Shown in pieces: positions 56,020-64,000 of a stretch of 64,000 bases of DNA (position 1 is its first letter; every line of letters starts with the position of its first letter). The position numbers were made by a program, and so were the translations under genes. The stretch is taken from contig JBOHUM010000014.1 in NCBI GenBank assembly GCA_050734515.1, positions 65,089-129,088 on the forward strand, written 5' to 3'. This stretch comes from Candidatus Dormibacteria bacterium (GTDB taxonomy: Bacteria > Chloroflexota > Dormibacteria > Aeolococcales > Bog-877). The notes under the pieces are model-generated. The model had not been told where the DNA came from, searched no databases, and saw nothing but the letters and a program-made list of their open reading frames with translations.

Positions 56020-57219
56020 TCAGCCCTGCGATGTCCCCTGAGGCGGCGGTCGGCCGGAGGCGACCCGAGCGGCGGTGCGCCGAGCACGGCGTCGTCGGGT
56101 CACCTCCAGCACCCGGCCGCCCTCACCGGTTGGGGTTCGGTGGGGTGGGCGCATCGGCACCATCGAGGACTGCAGCTTCCCTCGGCGCCGTCCCGCCCAG
56201 GGCCCGGGGGGCGCGTCGATCAGCGCCGCCAGCGCATAAGCGACTGACTCGTAGTTGACCCGCCAGCCTCGAAACTCGGGCCAGGCCACGGCCACGGTGC
56301 GCTCCGGCTCCCAGCCGACTGCGGTCATCCGCGCCACCCCGTATTCGAACTCCTCCATGGTCAGCTCGATGGGATCGCCTGGCAGGGGGTCGGGATTGAA
56401 GGGGATGCCCGTCACACGGGCCAGTGAGCGCAGGCAGACAATGGCCATGCGAATGAACGGGCGGGCGGCGGCGGGGGCGCTCAGGGGATCGAGCGCCAAC
56501 TGCAGGGCGGCTGCATCCATGCAGGCGAGCAAGGCGAGGATCCACGATGTCCGGGGCTCGGGTGAGCGGAAGTAGAGCAGGGTGGTGTAGCTGGTATGGC
56601 TCTCCGCCAGATCGGCCGCCCACTGCTCCCAGTCGTGGTACAGCTGGGTCAGGTTGTCGAGGTTGTCGATCAGCGCGTGGCGGGCCAGGATCTCTGGCCC
56701 CCAGGGCGGTGAGCCGCTGCTGCTGTTGAGCATGGTGACCAGGGTTTCGCGCCGGTTGAATGAGCTGTAGAGAGTCGGCAAGTACGAGATCTGCAAGGCG
56801 ACCACGATCACGCCCGACGCCGCCTCCAGAAAGACGATCCCAGTTGTCAGGCCACTGCTGGCCCGGGCCAGACCCAGAGGCAGGATCGAGGAGGCGCTGA
56901 GACGAAGGGCCGAGGCCACGCTGGACCCGTCCGCGGCCCAGAGCAGAGCGGCAAAGCCGGCCACCAAGAGCCCGATCCAGATCACCAGCCGGAGCACTAG
57001 GAAGAGAGGCGCCGCCTGGGCGAGGATTCCGTCGCGGGCCATGTAGTCGCCTCGAGTACGGGCCAACAGTGCCGCTGCGCCCTGAACGGCCGCGGCGACC
57101 GCGGCCGACAGCCTGGAGGGGGTGGCCCGCGGCACGATCACGGTTCGGATGACGCTGCCCAGCGTGCCTAGGACCAAGATCAGTCCGGCCAGCAGCAGCA
57201 GAACCCTAAGGGCCAGCAT
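56020..57219 (-). CDS. hypothetical polytopic membrane protein with soluble C-terminal domain
   Basis: 399 aa with ~5 N-terminal TM helices and a ~200-aa soluble region ending in an Arg-rich tail. Third-position GC is high. Confidence 0.7.
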   Translation of the reverse strand: MLALRVLLLLAGLILVLGTLGSVIRTVIVPRATPSRLSAAVAAAVQGAAALLARTRGDYMARDGILAQAAPLFLVLRLVIWIGLLVAGFAALLWAADGSSVASALRLSASSILPLGLARASSGLTTGIVFLEAASGVIVVALQISYLPTLYSSFNRRETLVTMLNSSSGSPPWGPEILARHALIDNLDNLTQLYHDWEQWAADLAESHTSYTTLLYFRSPEPRTSWILALLACMDAAALQLALDPLSAPAAARPFIRMAIVCLRSLARVTGIPFNPDPLPGDPIELTMEEFEYGVARMTAVGWEPERTVAVAWPEFRGWRVNYESVAYALAALIDAPPGPWAGRRRGKLQSSMVPMRPPHRTPTGEGGRVLEVTRRRRARRTAARVASGRPPPQGTSQG

Positions 57220-57568
57220 CGCCCCCTTCTAACAGATCGGACGGAGGCCCATGGCGCCGCCCGATCTGGCGGGGGGCAAGGGTCGCTCCCCGGGTGAGTG
57301 CTCCCAGCAAGCTCGCTGAACCCATCGCGACTCGGCGTGGGTGCGAGCCCTTCCCGACGACTCGAGGCTCGCGCCGCCATCGGGAAGCGGAGTCCTGGCC
57401 CGGTGACCGAGATGGGAACGCTGAGGTCAGGAAAAAAACGTTAAATCATGCGCCGATTAGCCGACTGCACAGCTCGCGGTTGCCATGCGTAGTTCCTGGA
57501 GGTGTGCCGTTGGAGACCTGATCGCCGACGAGCCGCGCGACGGCGGTTCGAGGCGCGCCGTCGGGAGG

Positions 57569-58009
57569 TCAGGCGACCTTGTCCACTGGCCCGGGGGGGA
57601 GTCGCCGGCGCGGAGTCTCCGAGCCCTCCCGGGCGCCGCGCCCCTCCAGGGCCAGAGTGGCGAGCCGGAGCAGCGCCTCGAGCCAGCCTCGGCGTGGTGG
57701 TCGGGCCACCGCCAGGGAGGCGGGCATGGTCCCAGAAGGCAGCAGCCAGCGGGTGCTGACCGCGTGTACCCGCCACCGACCCAGGGTGCGCTTGACCATG
57801 GTGACCTCGGTTCGCTCCACCGCCACCGGCGCCGCGTACGCCGCTGCCCGCCGGGTTGTGCGCCCCCGGCTCTGGGCCCACCAGAACCCGAGCCGGAGCG
57901 CCAACGGGGCCGAGGCCAGCAGGAGCGCCGCCAGCCGCGCTCGCGCAGGGGCGCGGACGGAGGTGGTGACGATCTCGCCCAGCACCGGCTCCGGCGGACT
58001 CTGGCTCAT
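57569..58009 (-). CDS. hypothetical protein (one predicted TM helix)
   Basis: 146-aa ORF with an ATG start and high third-position GC, divergent from the gene at 58059. No motif, no clear SD. Weak call. Confidence 0.3.
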   Translation of the reverse strand: MSQSPPEPVLGEIVTTSVRAPARARLAALLLASAPLALRLGFWWAQSRGRTTRRAAAYAAPVAVERTEVTMVKRTLGRWRVHAVSTRWLLPSGTMPASLAVARPPRRGWLEALLRLATLALEGRGAREGSETPRRRLPPGPVDKVA

Positions 58010-58058
58010 GCCCAGCCTGATGGTACCGGCGGGACGCTCGGGGTGTAGCCTGCCGGCG

Positions 58059-58967
58059 ATGGCCGCCAGTCCTTACCAGGCCCCGGTCCGCGAGGTGCGT
58101 CTGTTCGACGTCATCGACGACAGCTTTCGCCTGTACAGGCGCGACTTCAAGACGCTGCTACTGGTGGCGGCGGCGGTGACGCTTCCGACCACGGTGGCGG
58201 ACCTGCTCGTCCTATCCCGACTCCGCCCCTTGCCCGGCTCCCTCGGGGGCCTGGCGCGGGGCGCGCTCAGCCAGGCGCAAGTGCATGGCCTGGTCCATTG
58301 GGAGCTGTCCAACTCAGTGATCTGGGTTGGGGTCCTGCTCCTCGCCGGCATCGCCCTGATCCTGCAATGGGCGGCGCTGGTCCGGGTGGCGGCTGAACGA
58401 AGTCGTGGGGCCACGCTGGGGGTGAGGGCCGCATTCGCCGGGGCGCGCCACGATTGGCTGCCGCTGCTGGGCTTGGGTGTGCTGCTGTTCGCGGGCCTGC
58501 TGGCCGGGATCGCCGCGGTGACGGTGCTGGCTATCCTCTTCGCCCTGCTCGGCGCGGCGGGGGCGTTGCTGATCGCGCTCCTGATCTTGGGAGCGCTGGT
58601 CCTGGCCATGGTCGTGGGGGTGCGCATGGTTCTCGCCGGGACTGCCCTGGTGATCGAGGGGGCGTATCCGTGGCGAGCGCTCACACGGTCTTGGGATCTG
58701 ACTCGGGGGAGTGCCTGGAGAGTTTTCGGGATCGTGCTAGTGCTCTACTTCGCCACCGCGATCCCCGGCCTGCTCGTCGGCCTCGTGCTGGCAGGCACGA
58801 CCGGGGCCGGGCTGAACGTCTTCCGTCGCAGCCTGGGGGCGGACTCCGTGGTCAGCGCCGCCCTCGCCGTGCTGACGGCGCCGATCCTGCCGGTTGGGTT
58901 GGTCGCCGCCTACTTCGACGCCCGGCGCCGCTCGACCCAGGCCGATGACCCGAGTTCGGCCTCCTGA
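58059..58967 (+). CDS. hypothetical polytopic membrane protein
   Basis: This is an ATG inside ORF 57579..58967. The N-terminus ...FDVIDDSFRLYRRDFKTLLLVAA is followed by ~6 TM helices. TAGCCT lies 7 nt upstream of the ATG. Confidence 0.7.
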   Translation: MAASPYQAPVREVRLFDVIDDSFRLYRRDFKTLLLVAAAVTLPTTVADLLVLSRLRPLPGSLGGLARGALSQAQVHGLVHWELSNSVIWVGVLLLAGIALILQWAALVRVAAERSRGATLGVRAAFAGARHDWLPLLGLGVLLFAGLLAGIAAVTVLAILFALLGAAGALLIALLILGALVLAMVVGVRMVLAGTALVIEGAYPWRALTRSWDLTRGSAWRVFGIVLVLYFATAIPGLLVGLVLAGTTGAGLNVFRRSLGADSVVSAALAVLTAPILPVGLVAAYFDARRRSTQADDPSSAS

Positions 58968-58984
58968 GGCTCAGGCCTCACCGG

Positions 58985-59881
58985 CTAGGCGGGGGTGCCG
59001 GCCCGCTGCTCCTGGGGCGCCTCCATCAGCTCAAGGGCCGCGATCACCTCGCGAGTGAGCGCGGTCGGTGTCGAGGCTCCGGCGGTGACGCCCACCCGTA
59101 GACAGCCGACGAACCATTCTGGGCGCAGGTCCGTCACCGTGTCGACCAGGTGCGCCGGGCGCTTGGCCAGGTCCTCAACCACCTGAACCAGGCGCTGACT
59201 GTTGCTGCTGCGCGAGCTCCCCACGACAATGACGACGTCGCAATCTCGGGCCGCCTCGACAGCAGCCTGCTGTCGTTCCTGGGTGGCGTTGCAGATCTCG
59301 TTGTGAACCTCGATCTTGGGAAAGCGCTTGCGGAGCCGCTCGATGATCGACTGGGTGTCCCACACCGACAGCGTGGTCTGCGTGGTCACCGCCAGCTTTT
59401 CGCCGTGGAGCTCGAGGCGGTCCACATCCTCAAGGGACTGGACTAGGTGCAGCCGGTCGGGGGCCTCTCCGAGCACGCCCTCCGGCTCGGGGTGGCCCGC
59501 CTTGCCGATGTAAACCACGGTGTAGCCCTCGGCGGTCAGTCGTCGAACCAGATCGTGCGTGCGGACGACGTCGCTGCAGGTGGCGTCGACCACATTCAGG
59601 CCCCGCGCCCGGGCCCGCTCCTTGACCTCCGGGGAGACGCCGTGGGCGGTGAGCACGACGGTTCCCTCCCGGACCTGCTCCAGCGCCTCCAGTCGCGAGG
59701 GCGCGTCTATGAGGGCCACGCCCCGCTCCGCGAACTCCCGGGTCACGTGCTCGTTGTGGACCAGGTAGCCGAGCATGGCCACCGGCTCGCCCTGGTGCTC
59801 CTCCGCAGCCAGGCGCAGGGCTCGGATCGCCTCCACCACGCCGTGGCAGTAGCCACGGGGCTTGATCTTGACCACCTCCAC
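58985..59881 (-). CDS. ispH: 4-hydroxy-3-methylbut-2-enyl diphosphate reductase
   Basis: VEVVKIKPRGYCHGV, LVHN.HV, TAHGVSP, DATC..V, TQTT, ICNAT..RQ, VVGS..SSNS, and GASTP. TACGAT lies 6 nt upstream of the GTG start. Confidence 0.92.
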   Translation of the reverse strand: MEVVKIKPRGYCHGVVEAIRALRLAAEEHQGEPVAMLGYLVHNEHVTREFAERGVALIDAPSRLEALEQVREGTVVLTAHGVSPEVKERARARGLNVVDATCSDVVRTHDLVRRLTAEGYTVVYIGKAGHPEPEGVLGEAPDRLHLVQSLEDVDRLELHGEKLAVTTQTTLSVWDTQSIIERLRKRFPKIEVHNEICNATQERQQAAVEAARDCDVVIVVGSSRSSNSQRLVQVVEDLAKRPAHLVDTVTDLRPEWFVGCLRVGVTAGASTPTALTREVIAALELMEAPQEQRAGTPA

Positions 59882-59949
59882 GTCGCGATCGTAGCAGTGA
59901 ACGCCGTGGGTTTCGAACTCAAACTGGCCCTCGGTGAGTAGTTTGCGAC

Positions 59950-60327
59950 TTACGCCTCGCGACCCAGGCCAGCTTCTGGTGCTGCCAGCCGTGCTGGTGG
60001 TGGTCCCCAGCGCAGATCCCGCTGGTCGGGAGGGGGCACTGCGGGCACCTCGCGCTCGGGCCGGAGGCGAGATCGGCTTCGGGCGTGGGGTTCGGCGTCG
60101 CGGCCGGACTCCCGCTCTAGGTTCCGCCTTACCGTGCTCGGCCGCCGGGAGGCCTCCACGATCGACTCCATCCAGGCCCAGCCTCGATAGGCCAGGTAGC
60201 CGGAGAGGGCCAGCAGCGCCAGAGTTCCCACGGCGTTGAGAGCACCGGCCAGGGGCGGCAGCACGATCGAGACCGCCGCGCACCCGCCGACGATGGCGAG
60301 CCCTGTCCTGACCCGGGGAGCCCTCAT
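59950..60327 (-). CDS. small hypothetical membrane protein
   Basis: 125 aa with two predicted TM helices (GLAIVGGCAAVSIVLPPLAGAL, TLALLALSGYLAYRGW) and a charged tail. No homology recognised. Confidence 0.4.
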   Translation of the reverse strand: MRAPRVRTGLAIVGGCAAVSIVLPPLAGALNAVGTLALLALSGYLAYRGWAWMESIVEASRRPSTVRRNLERESGRDAEPHARSRSRLRPEREVPAVPPPDQRDLRWGPPPARLAAPEAGLGREA

Positions 60328-60381
60328 ATCACCGGGGCTGTCCGGGGAGAGCGCCGGTTGGGGCCGTTAGCATCGCCGGAC

Positions 60382-60978
60382 GTGTCGTCGTTTGCCACGC
60401 TGCCCGCCCCCGGGAGCCACCATGTGCATCGCACCTGGCTGCACCTGCTGCCTTGCGACCCGGCTTTGGTCCCCCCTCCCCCAGCCGTGCTGGCAGCCGA
60501 GTCGGTTCTGATCGAGGCGGGGTTGGCCCGGCCAGACGGCGCCGGTGCGGGGCTACGCCCGGGACCCGACTGGGAGCGGCTGCTCTCGACCGGGGGGCAG
60601 GCCCGAGCGGGAGTGGCCGGCGACGCCGGGGTGCGCATCGAGGCCGGGGTACTGCGGGCCTATCCCGACCCCGGGCCCGAGGGCTTCGACTCGCAGCCGC
60701 TCAACGACTACCAGGCCCGCTGCGCCCGCTGCGGGGAGGTTCTCCACCTCTTCGCTTTACGGTTTCCCCTACCTGATCCCATGCTGGCGCAGTGCCCACG
60801 GTGCTCGGGAGTTGGAGACATCTCCCAGCTGGAGTGGACCCCGGAGCTGGCCCTTGCCCGGATGGAGGTGACCCTGGGCCCGGTGCTGGGCCGGCCCAGC
60901 CTGGCGTCGTCGCCGATCTTCCGGGCGCTGGAGGCGGCCCTGCGCTGCCGGCTGCGGGAGGTGCACGTCAGCCTCTGA
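60382..60978 (+). CDS. hypothetical protein with CxxC...CxxC zinc-ribbon
   Basis: In-frame GTG with TAGCAT 8 nt upstream. The nominal ORF start is 60358. Contains CARCGEVLH...CPRCSG. I cannot name a family. Confidence 0.5.
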   Translation: MSSFATLPAPGSHHVHRTWLHLLPCDPALVPPPPAVLAAESVLIEAGLARPDGAGAGLRPGPDWERLLSTGGQARAGVAGDAGVRIEAGVLRAYPDPGPEGFDSQPLNDYQARCARCGEVLHLFALRFPLPDPMLAQCPRCSGVGDISQLEWTPELALARMEVTLGPVLGRPSLASSPIFRALEAALRCRLREVHVSL

Positions 60979-60982
60979 CCCG

Positions 60983-61888
60983 TCAGAGGTCCCTGGCCGC
61001 GACCCGCCTCACTGCCCGCGCCCAGCGCCGACCTGCTCCCTCGGCGCTGGAACCGAAGTGGGTGGCCACGCTCAGGGCGCCGGGCACCCGCAAAACCAGG
61101 TAGAGGGCGGCGAACGCGTAGAGGCCACTGACGACTCCCTGCCGTCGGGCAAACGCCAGCGCCACCGCCGCCCGCAGGACGGTGAGTTGGGCGAACTGCA
61201 TGAAGAGGGCCACCACCAGCAATCGCAGCCATTGCCGTGCGAAACCACGAGTCTCAGGCAGGATCCAGGCGGTCGCCGCCAGAGGAGCGGTCGCGCAGAG
61301 TACCGCCAGCAGCGTATAGCGGACGACGTAGGCCAACACCAAGATCACCACCGCCACCACCAGAGCGGCCGCGAAGGCCAACAGAAAGAGGTCGGTGGCC
61401 GCCGAGCGCAGCGCCGGGCCGCTCAGCGGAGAGGCCCAGGGAAGGCTGGCCAAGGTGAGCTGGCCACCGCCCGCGACCAGGTGACTCAGAGCGTTGTTGA
61501 GATCGATCGCCTGCTGAATCAGGGGCAGGCTCAAGGCGCCCATCGCTACCGACACCAAGACCCGGGGCAGCACCACCTGCAGGTGGTGTCGGGGATCCCC
61601 GCCGGCGCTGAGCACCGAGCGCAACGAGCTGTAGATGAAAATCGCCACGAGCAGCGCCCCCGCGGCCACGGCCAGCAGATGGTTCAGGCTCGCCACCCCG
61701 GGCGTATCGGTGAACGGGCGCTGGGAGCCGGGGCCGGCAGCGTCGTAGGTGCCGAAGAGGTAGGTGCTCAAGGCGGAGTCGAGAGCCGTGCGTGAGGAGG
61801 CGACAAAGTTCGACAGGGCGCCGCTGACCAGTTGTTCGAGCAAGCCCAGGGGCTGGAATCCAAAGCTCGGGAGGCTGATCGCGGCCAC
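60983..61888 (-). CDS. polytopic membrane protein, possibly TrbL/VirB6-like
   Basis: 301 aa with ~6 TM helices and an Arg-rich cytoplasmic tail. It lies 3 nt downstream of the 87-aa gene. The VirB6-like assignment rests on topology and context only. Confidence 0.6.
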   Translation of the reverse strand: MAAISLPSFGFQPLGLLEQLVSGALSNFVASSRTALDSALSTYLFGTYDAAGPGSQRPFTDTPGVASLNHLLAVAAGALLVAIFIYSSLRSVLSAGGDPRHHLQVVLPRVLVSVAMGALSLPLIQQAIDLNNALSHLVAGGGQLTLASLPWASPLSGPALRSAATDLFLLAFAAALVVAVVILVLAYVVRYTLLAVLCATAPLAATAWILPETRGFARQWLRLLVVALFMQFAQLTVLRAAVALAFARRQGVVSGLYAFAALYLVLRVPGALSVATHFGSSAEGAGRRWARAVRRVAARDL

Positions 61889-61891
61889 CGC

Positions 61892-62155
61892 TCACCCCAA
61901 GTTGTGGGGCACCGCCGCCAGAAGGACGTGGGTCAGCAGTCCGGCGAGTTCCACTCCCAGGGTGCCGAGAGCGATCCGGCCCAGCCAGCGCTGCGCCTCC
62001 AAGGCGCTGTGAGGATTGGGCGCCACCACGCGCCAGGCGAAGGCACACACGAATGCCAGCGTCCCCAGGCTGCCGATGACCCCCTGGCCGATCAGCACCC
62101 ATGAGTTGAGAAGCGAGTTGAGCTCTCCCACCGCGGGCCCCCTGTAAGTCGCCAA
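61892..62155 (-). CDS. small two-TM membrane protein, possibly TrbC/VirB2-like
   Basis: 87 aa with two hydrophobic helices separated by a short polar loop (…VAPNPHSALEAQRW…), a size and topology typical of T4SS pilin-like subunits. Assigned by context only. Confidence 0.5.
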   Translation of the reverse strand: MATYRGPAVGELNSLLNSWVLIGQGVIGSLGTLAFVCAFAWRVVAPNPHSALEAQRWLGRIALGTLGVELAGLLTHVLLAAVPHNLG

Positions 62156-62197
62156 CCACTGCTGCCTCAGTCCGCTGAGGCGGCTGTGGCGAGCGGC

Positions 62198-62668
62198 TCA
62201 ACCGCAATCGGCCTCCCAGGCGCCCTCGCCGACGGTCGCCACCACGGTCACGGGCCCGTCGTTTACCGAGGCCACCAGCATGTGGGCGCCAAACTCGCCC
62301 TCCAGGGTCCTAGCCAGGCCCTGCCGCCGGAACTCCTGGGCCACCACGGCGCAGAGGTGCCGGGCGACGCCAGGGGCGGCGGCCCGGGTGAACGAGGGCC
62401 GGTGGCCGCGGCGGCTGTCGGCGAAGAGGGTGAACTGGCTGACCAGCAACGCCTCTCCACCGGACTCCACCAGGGAGCGCTGGAAACGCCCCTGGGCGTC
62501 GGGAAAGATGCGCAGGGCACACAGCCGGACCGCCAGATGGCGGGCCACCTGGGCGTCATCCTGGGGGCCCACCCCCAGGTAGATAAGCACGCCTGCCCCG
62601 ATCTCGGCGCGGGTTACTCCACCGACCGAGACCGACGCCTGTTTGACCCGCTGGACCACCGCTCGCAA
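62198..62668 (-). CDS. dtd: D-aminoacyl-tRNA deacylase
   Basis: MRAVVQRV..ASV.V, LVSQFTL.AD...G.RPSF, and C-terminal NDGPVT. Confidence 0.92.
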   Translation of the reverse strand: MRAVVQRVKQASVSVGGVTRAEIGAGVLIYLGVGPQDDAQVARHLAVRLCALRIFPDAQGRFQRSLVESGGEALLVSQFTLFADSRRGHRPSFTRAAAPGVARHLCAVVAQEFRRQGLARTLEGEFGAHMLVASVNDGPVTVVATVGEGAWEADCG

Positions 62669-62672
62669 AGGT

Positions 62673-63269
62673 TCAACCGATCGCCCGCAGTCCCCGGTAG
62701 ATCCGCATCGCCTCGGCCTCAGCCTCGAGAAAGCCGGGCGCAGGCGCGCGCAGACCGGCCAGCGAGAAGCTCCACCAGCGTGGCGGCCCGGCCGGGCCGG
62801 GAAGGGCCGCCCGCCGGTACCGGGGGGGATAGAAGGTGATGGTGCTGGCGGGCAGCCGTTTGAAGATGGGGCGCGCGACCATCACCTCGTCGATGTCACG
62901 AGGCCCGGACACCTGGCCCTCCACCAGGGTGAGGCGGCGCTGCTTGCGGATGGGGTTGTCCGGATCGCTGAGCTCTACCCGGCCGCCTAGCTGCCCGGTC
63001 AGGCGCAGCATCCCAAAGCAGACGGCAAGGAAGTCGGTCTCGTCCCCGGCGAGGCGAACGAAGCTGGCGCCCAGGACCGGCTCCCGGACGTCGAGACGTA
63101 GGTGACGCAGGTACTCCATCTCGAAAAGGCCGCGGGAGGCGTCGGTGGCGAGCCAGAGGGCATCCGACCTCCAGGACCTGGTGGCGGCGAAGTCGCTCAC
63201 CGCCAGCTGCCAGCCGGCCGGGCTCTCCCGGCCGAGGTTGGTCATGCGCAGGAACACCACCCGGCCCAT
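62673..63269 (-). CDS. hypothetical protein
   Basis: 198-aa ORF with an ATG start, 11 nt after the ATPase stop and 4 nt before dtd. Third-position GC is high. No motif recognised. Confidence 0.55.
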   Translation of the reverse strand: MGRVVFLRMTNLGRESPAGWQLAVSDFAATRSWRSDALWLATDASRGLFEMEYLRHLRLDVREPVLGASFVRLAGDETDFLAVCFGMLRLTGQLGGRVELSDPDNPIRKQRRLTLVEGQVSGPRDIDEVMVARPIFKRLPASTITFYPPRYRRAALPGPAGPPRWWSFSLAGLRAPAPGFLEAEAEAMRIYRGLRAIG

Positions 63270-63280
63270 GGGTGCTGATT

Positions 63281-64000
63281 CTAGGACCGGCCGATCTGGG
63301 CCCCGACGGGCTCGTTGGCCTCTGTCGCCGAACCGAGGCTCCCCGCCAGGAACCTGTGGTAGAGACCGGGTGCCTCGACTTGCACCGGAGTTCCCCGGTG
63401 GCCGGCGACCAGAAGGAATTGGCCCCGACCGGCCTGCTCCAAGAAGCGCCGCTGACCGTCATCGAGCTGGAAGGCCGCCTGCAGGCGGCCGGCGGCGGCC
63501 GATCGCTGGTTGCCCAGCAAAAGTGTTGCCGAGTTGACCGCCAGCACCTCGCTGGCGCCCGAGCCGACGAGGTCGCCCGCGGCCTGGGTCAGCAACACCA
63601 GAGACCCCTGGTACTTGCGGATCCGGCGGGCCAGATGTGCCATCAGCCGCTGAAGCGCCGGGTTGTCGGCCAGCAGACCTGCCTCGTCGACGATCGCCTG
63701 CTTGCGCCCGGGCGTGAACCGGATCCAGGCCCAGAGCCAATGCGAGATCAGGAAGGTGGTGGCGGGAACCCAGGATGCCGGCAGTTCCCGCAGACCAATG
63801 GCAGTCACGGTGTCAACATCGGGGCCCCGCCCCAAGCGGTTGAAGATCGCGCCGGGAAGGCCTTCGAGCCAGGGAAGGAGCCGCAGCGCGATCTCATCGC
63901 CCGTCTCATCGTGGCGCAGGTGGGGCAGACAGTCGGAGAGCACGATGGGGCTGCCCTCTGCCTCCGCCAGAGTGGCGCGGACTGCGGCCGCCACCATCCC
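63281..64000 (-). CDS. VirB4/TraC/TrbE-like T4SS ATPase (C-terminal part; 5' end outside window)
   Basis: Walker B and downstream blocks AIVDEAGLL...RKYQGSLVLLTQ...D......A..VL.NSAT.LLL.Q, and GRGQFLLVAG....VQV. The ORF is open to the window edge. Confidence 0.8.
   Translation of the reverse strand, partial: GMVAAAVRATLAEAEGSPIVLSDCLPHLRHDETGDEIALRLLPWLEGLPGAIFNRLGRGPDVDTVTAIGLRELPASWVPATTFLISHWLWAWIRFTPGRKQAIVDEAGLLADNPALQRLMAHLARRIRKYQGSLVLLTQAAGDLVGSGASEVLAVNSATLLLGNQRSAAAGRLQAAFQLDDGQRRFLEQAGRGQFLLVAGHRGTPVQVEAPGLYHRFLAGSLGSATEANEPVGAQIGRS

Noticed and set aside
47188-64000. Genomic island integrated at tRNA-Glu, suggested by the tRNA, a CHAP hydrolase, an orphan secreted protein and T4SS-like genes downstream.
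   Set aside because: The interval contains core genes (ispH, dtd, a NagZ-like gene, a GGDEF regulator). I see no integrase and no direct repeat of the tRNA 3' end, and composition looks uniform by eye. The T4SS-like genes are treated separately.

Overview
By eye this is a very GC-rich, gene-dense stretch of chromosome. Gene content and codon bias fit a monoderm high-GC lineage (Actinomycetota-like or a related deep-branching group). I see about 65 protein genes and one tRNA-Glu(CUC). I recognise no rRNA, CRISPR array, integrase or transposase.

Most of the window is housekeeping:
- NfeD-stomatin pair, zwf, and the glycine-cleavage operon gcvT-H-PA-PB followed by pyrE.
- pcm, a 3-hydroxyacyl-CoA dehydrogenase, and gyrB-plsX-gyrA.
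- A trkA pair, proS, dinB, moaC and mogA, bcp, icd.
- pckA, glpX, ispH and dtd.

The less ordinary features are:
1. At the right edge there is a T4SS-like set: a VirB4-like ATPase cut by the window end, plus VirB2-like and VirB6-like membrane proteins. It is interleaved with dtd and an unknown 198-aa ORF.
2. A stand-alone Upf1-like SF1 helicase has an unassigned N-terminal domain of about 330 aa containing a Zn-ribbon, and a C-terminal tail with three poly-Arg runs.
3. A truncated sigma-70-like protein (regions 2-3 only) is translationally coupled to gcvT.
4. Operon-first genes repeatedly show a -10 box (TANNNT) 6-9 nt upstream of the start codon, which suggests leaderless mRNAs. Internal genes are joined by NTGA 4-nt overlaps.
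5. Three genes (hbd-like, a HAD hydrolase, DedA) have no canonical start codon that preserves their conserved N-termini. An in-frame CTG is available in each, and two of these sit in CTGA stop/start overlaps.
6. A minus-strand cell-envelope block runs GAF-GGDEF cyclase, NagZ-like lipoprotein, a large Cys-rich secreted protein of unknown fold, a lipoprotein, a coiled-coil CHAP hydrolase and a DHH phosphoesterase. A perfect palindrome overlaps the predicted CHAP promoter.

All functional calls come from motif recognition by eye. No database searches were run.
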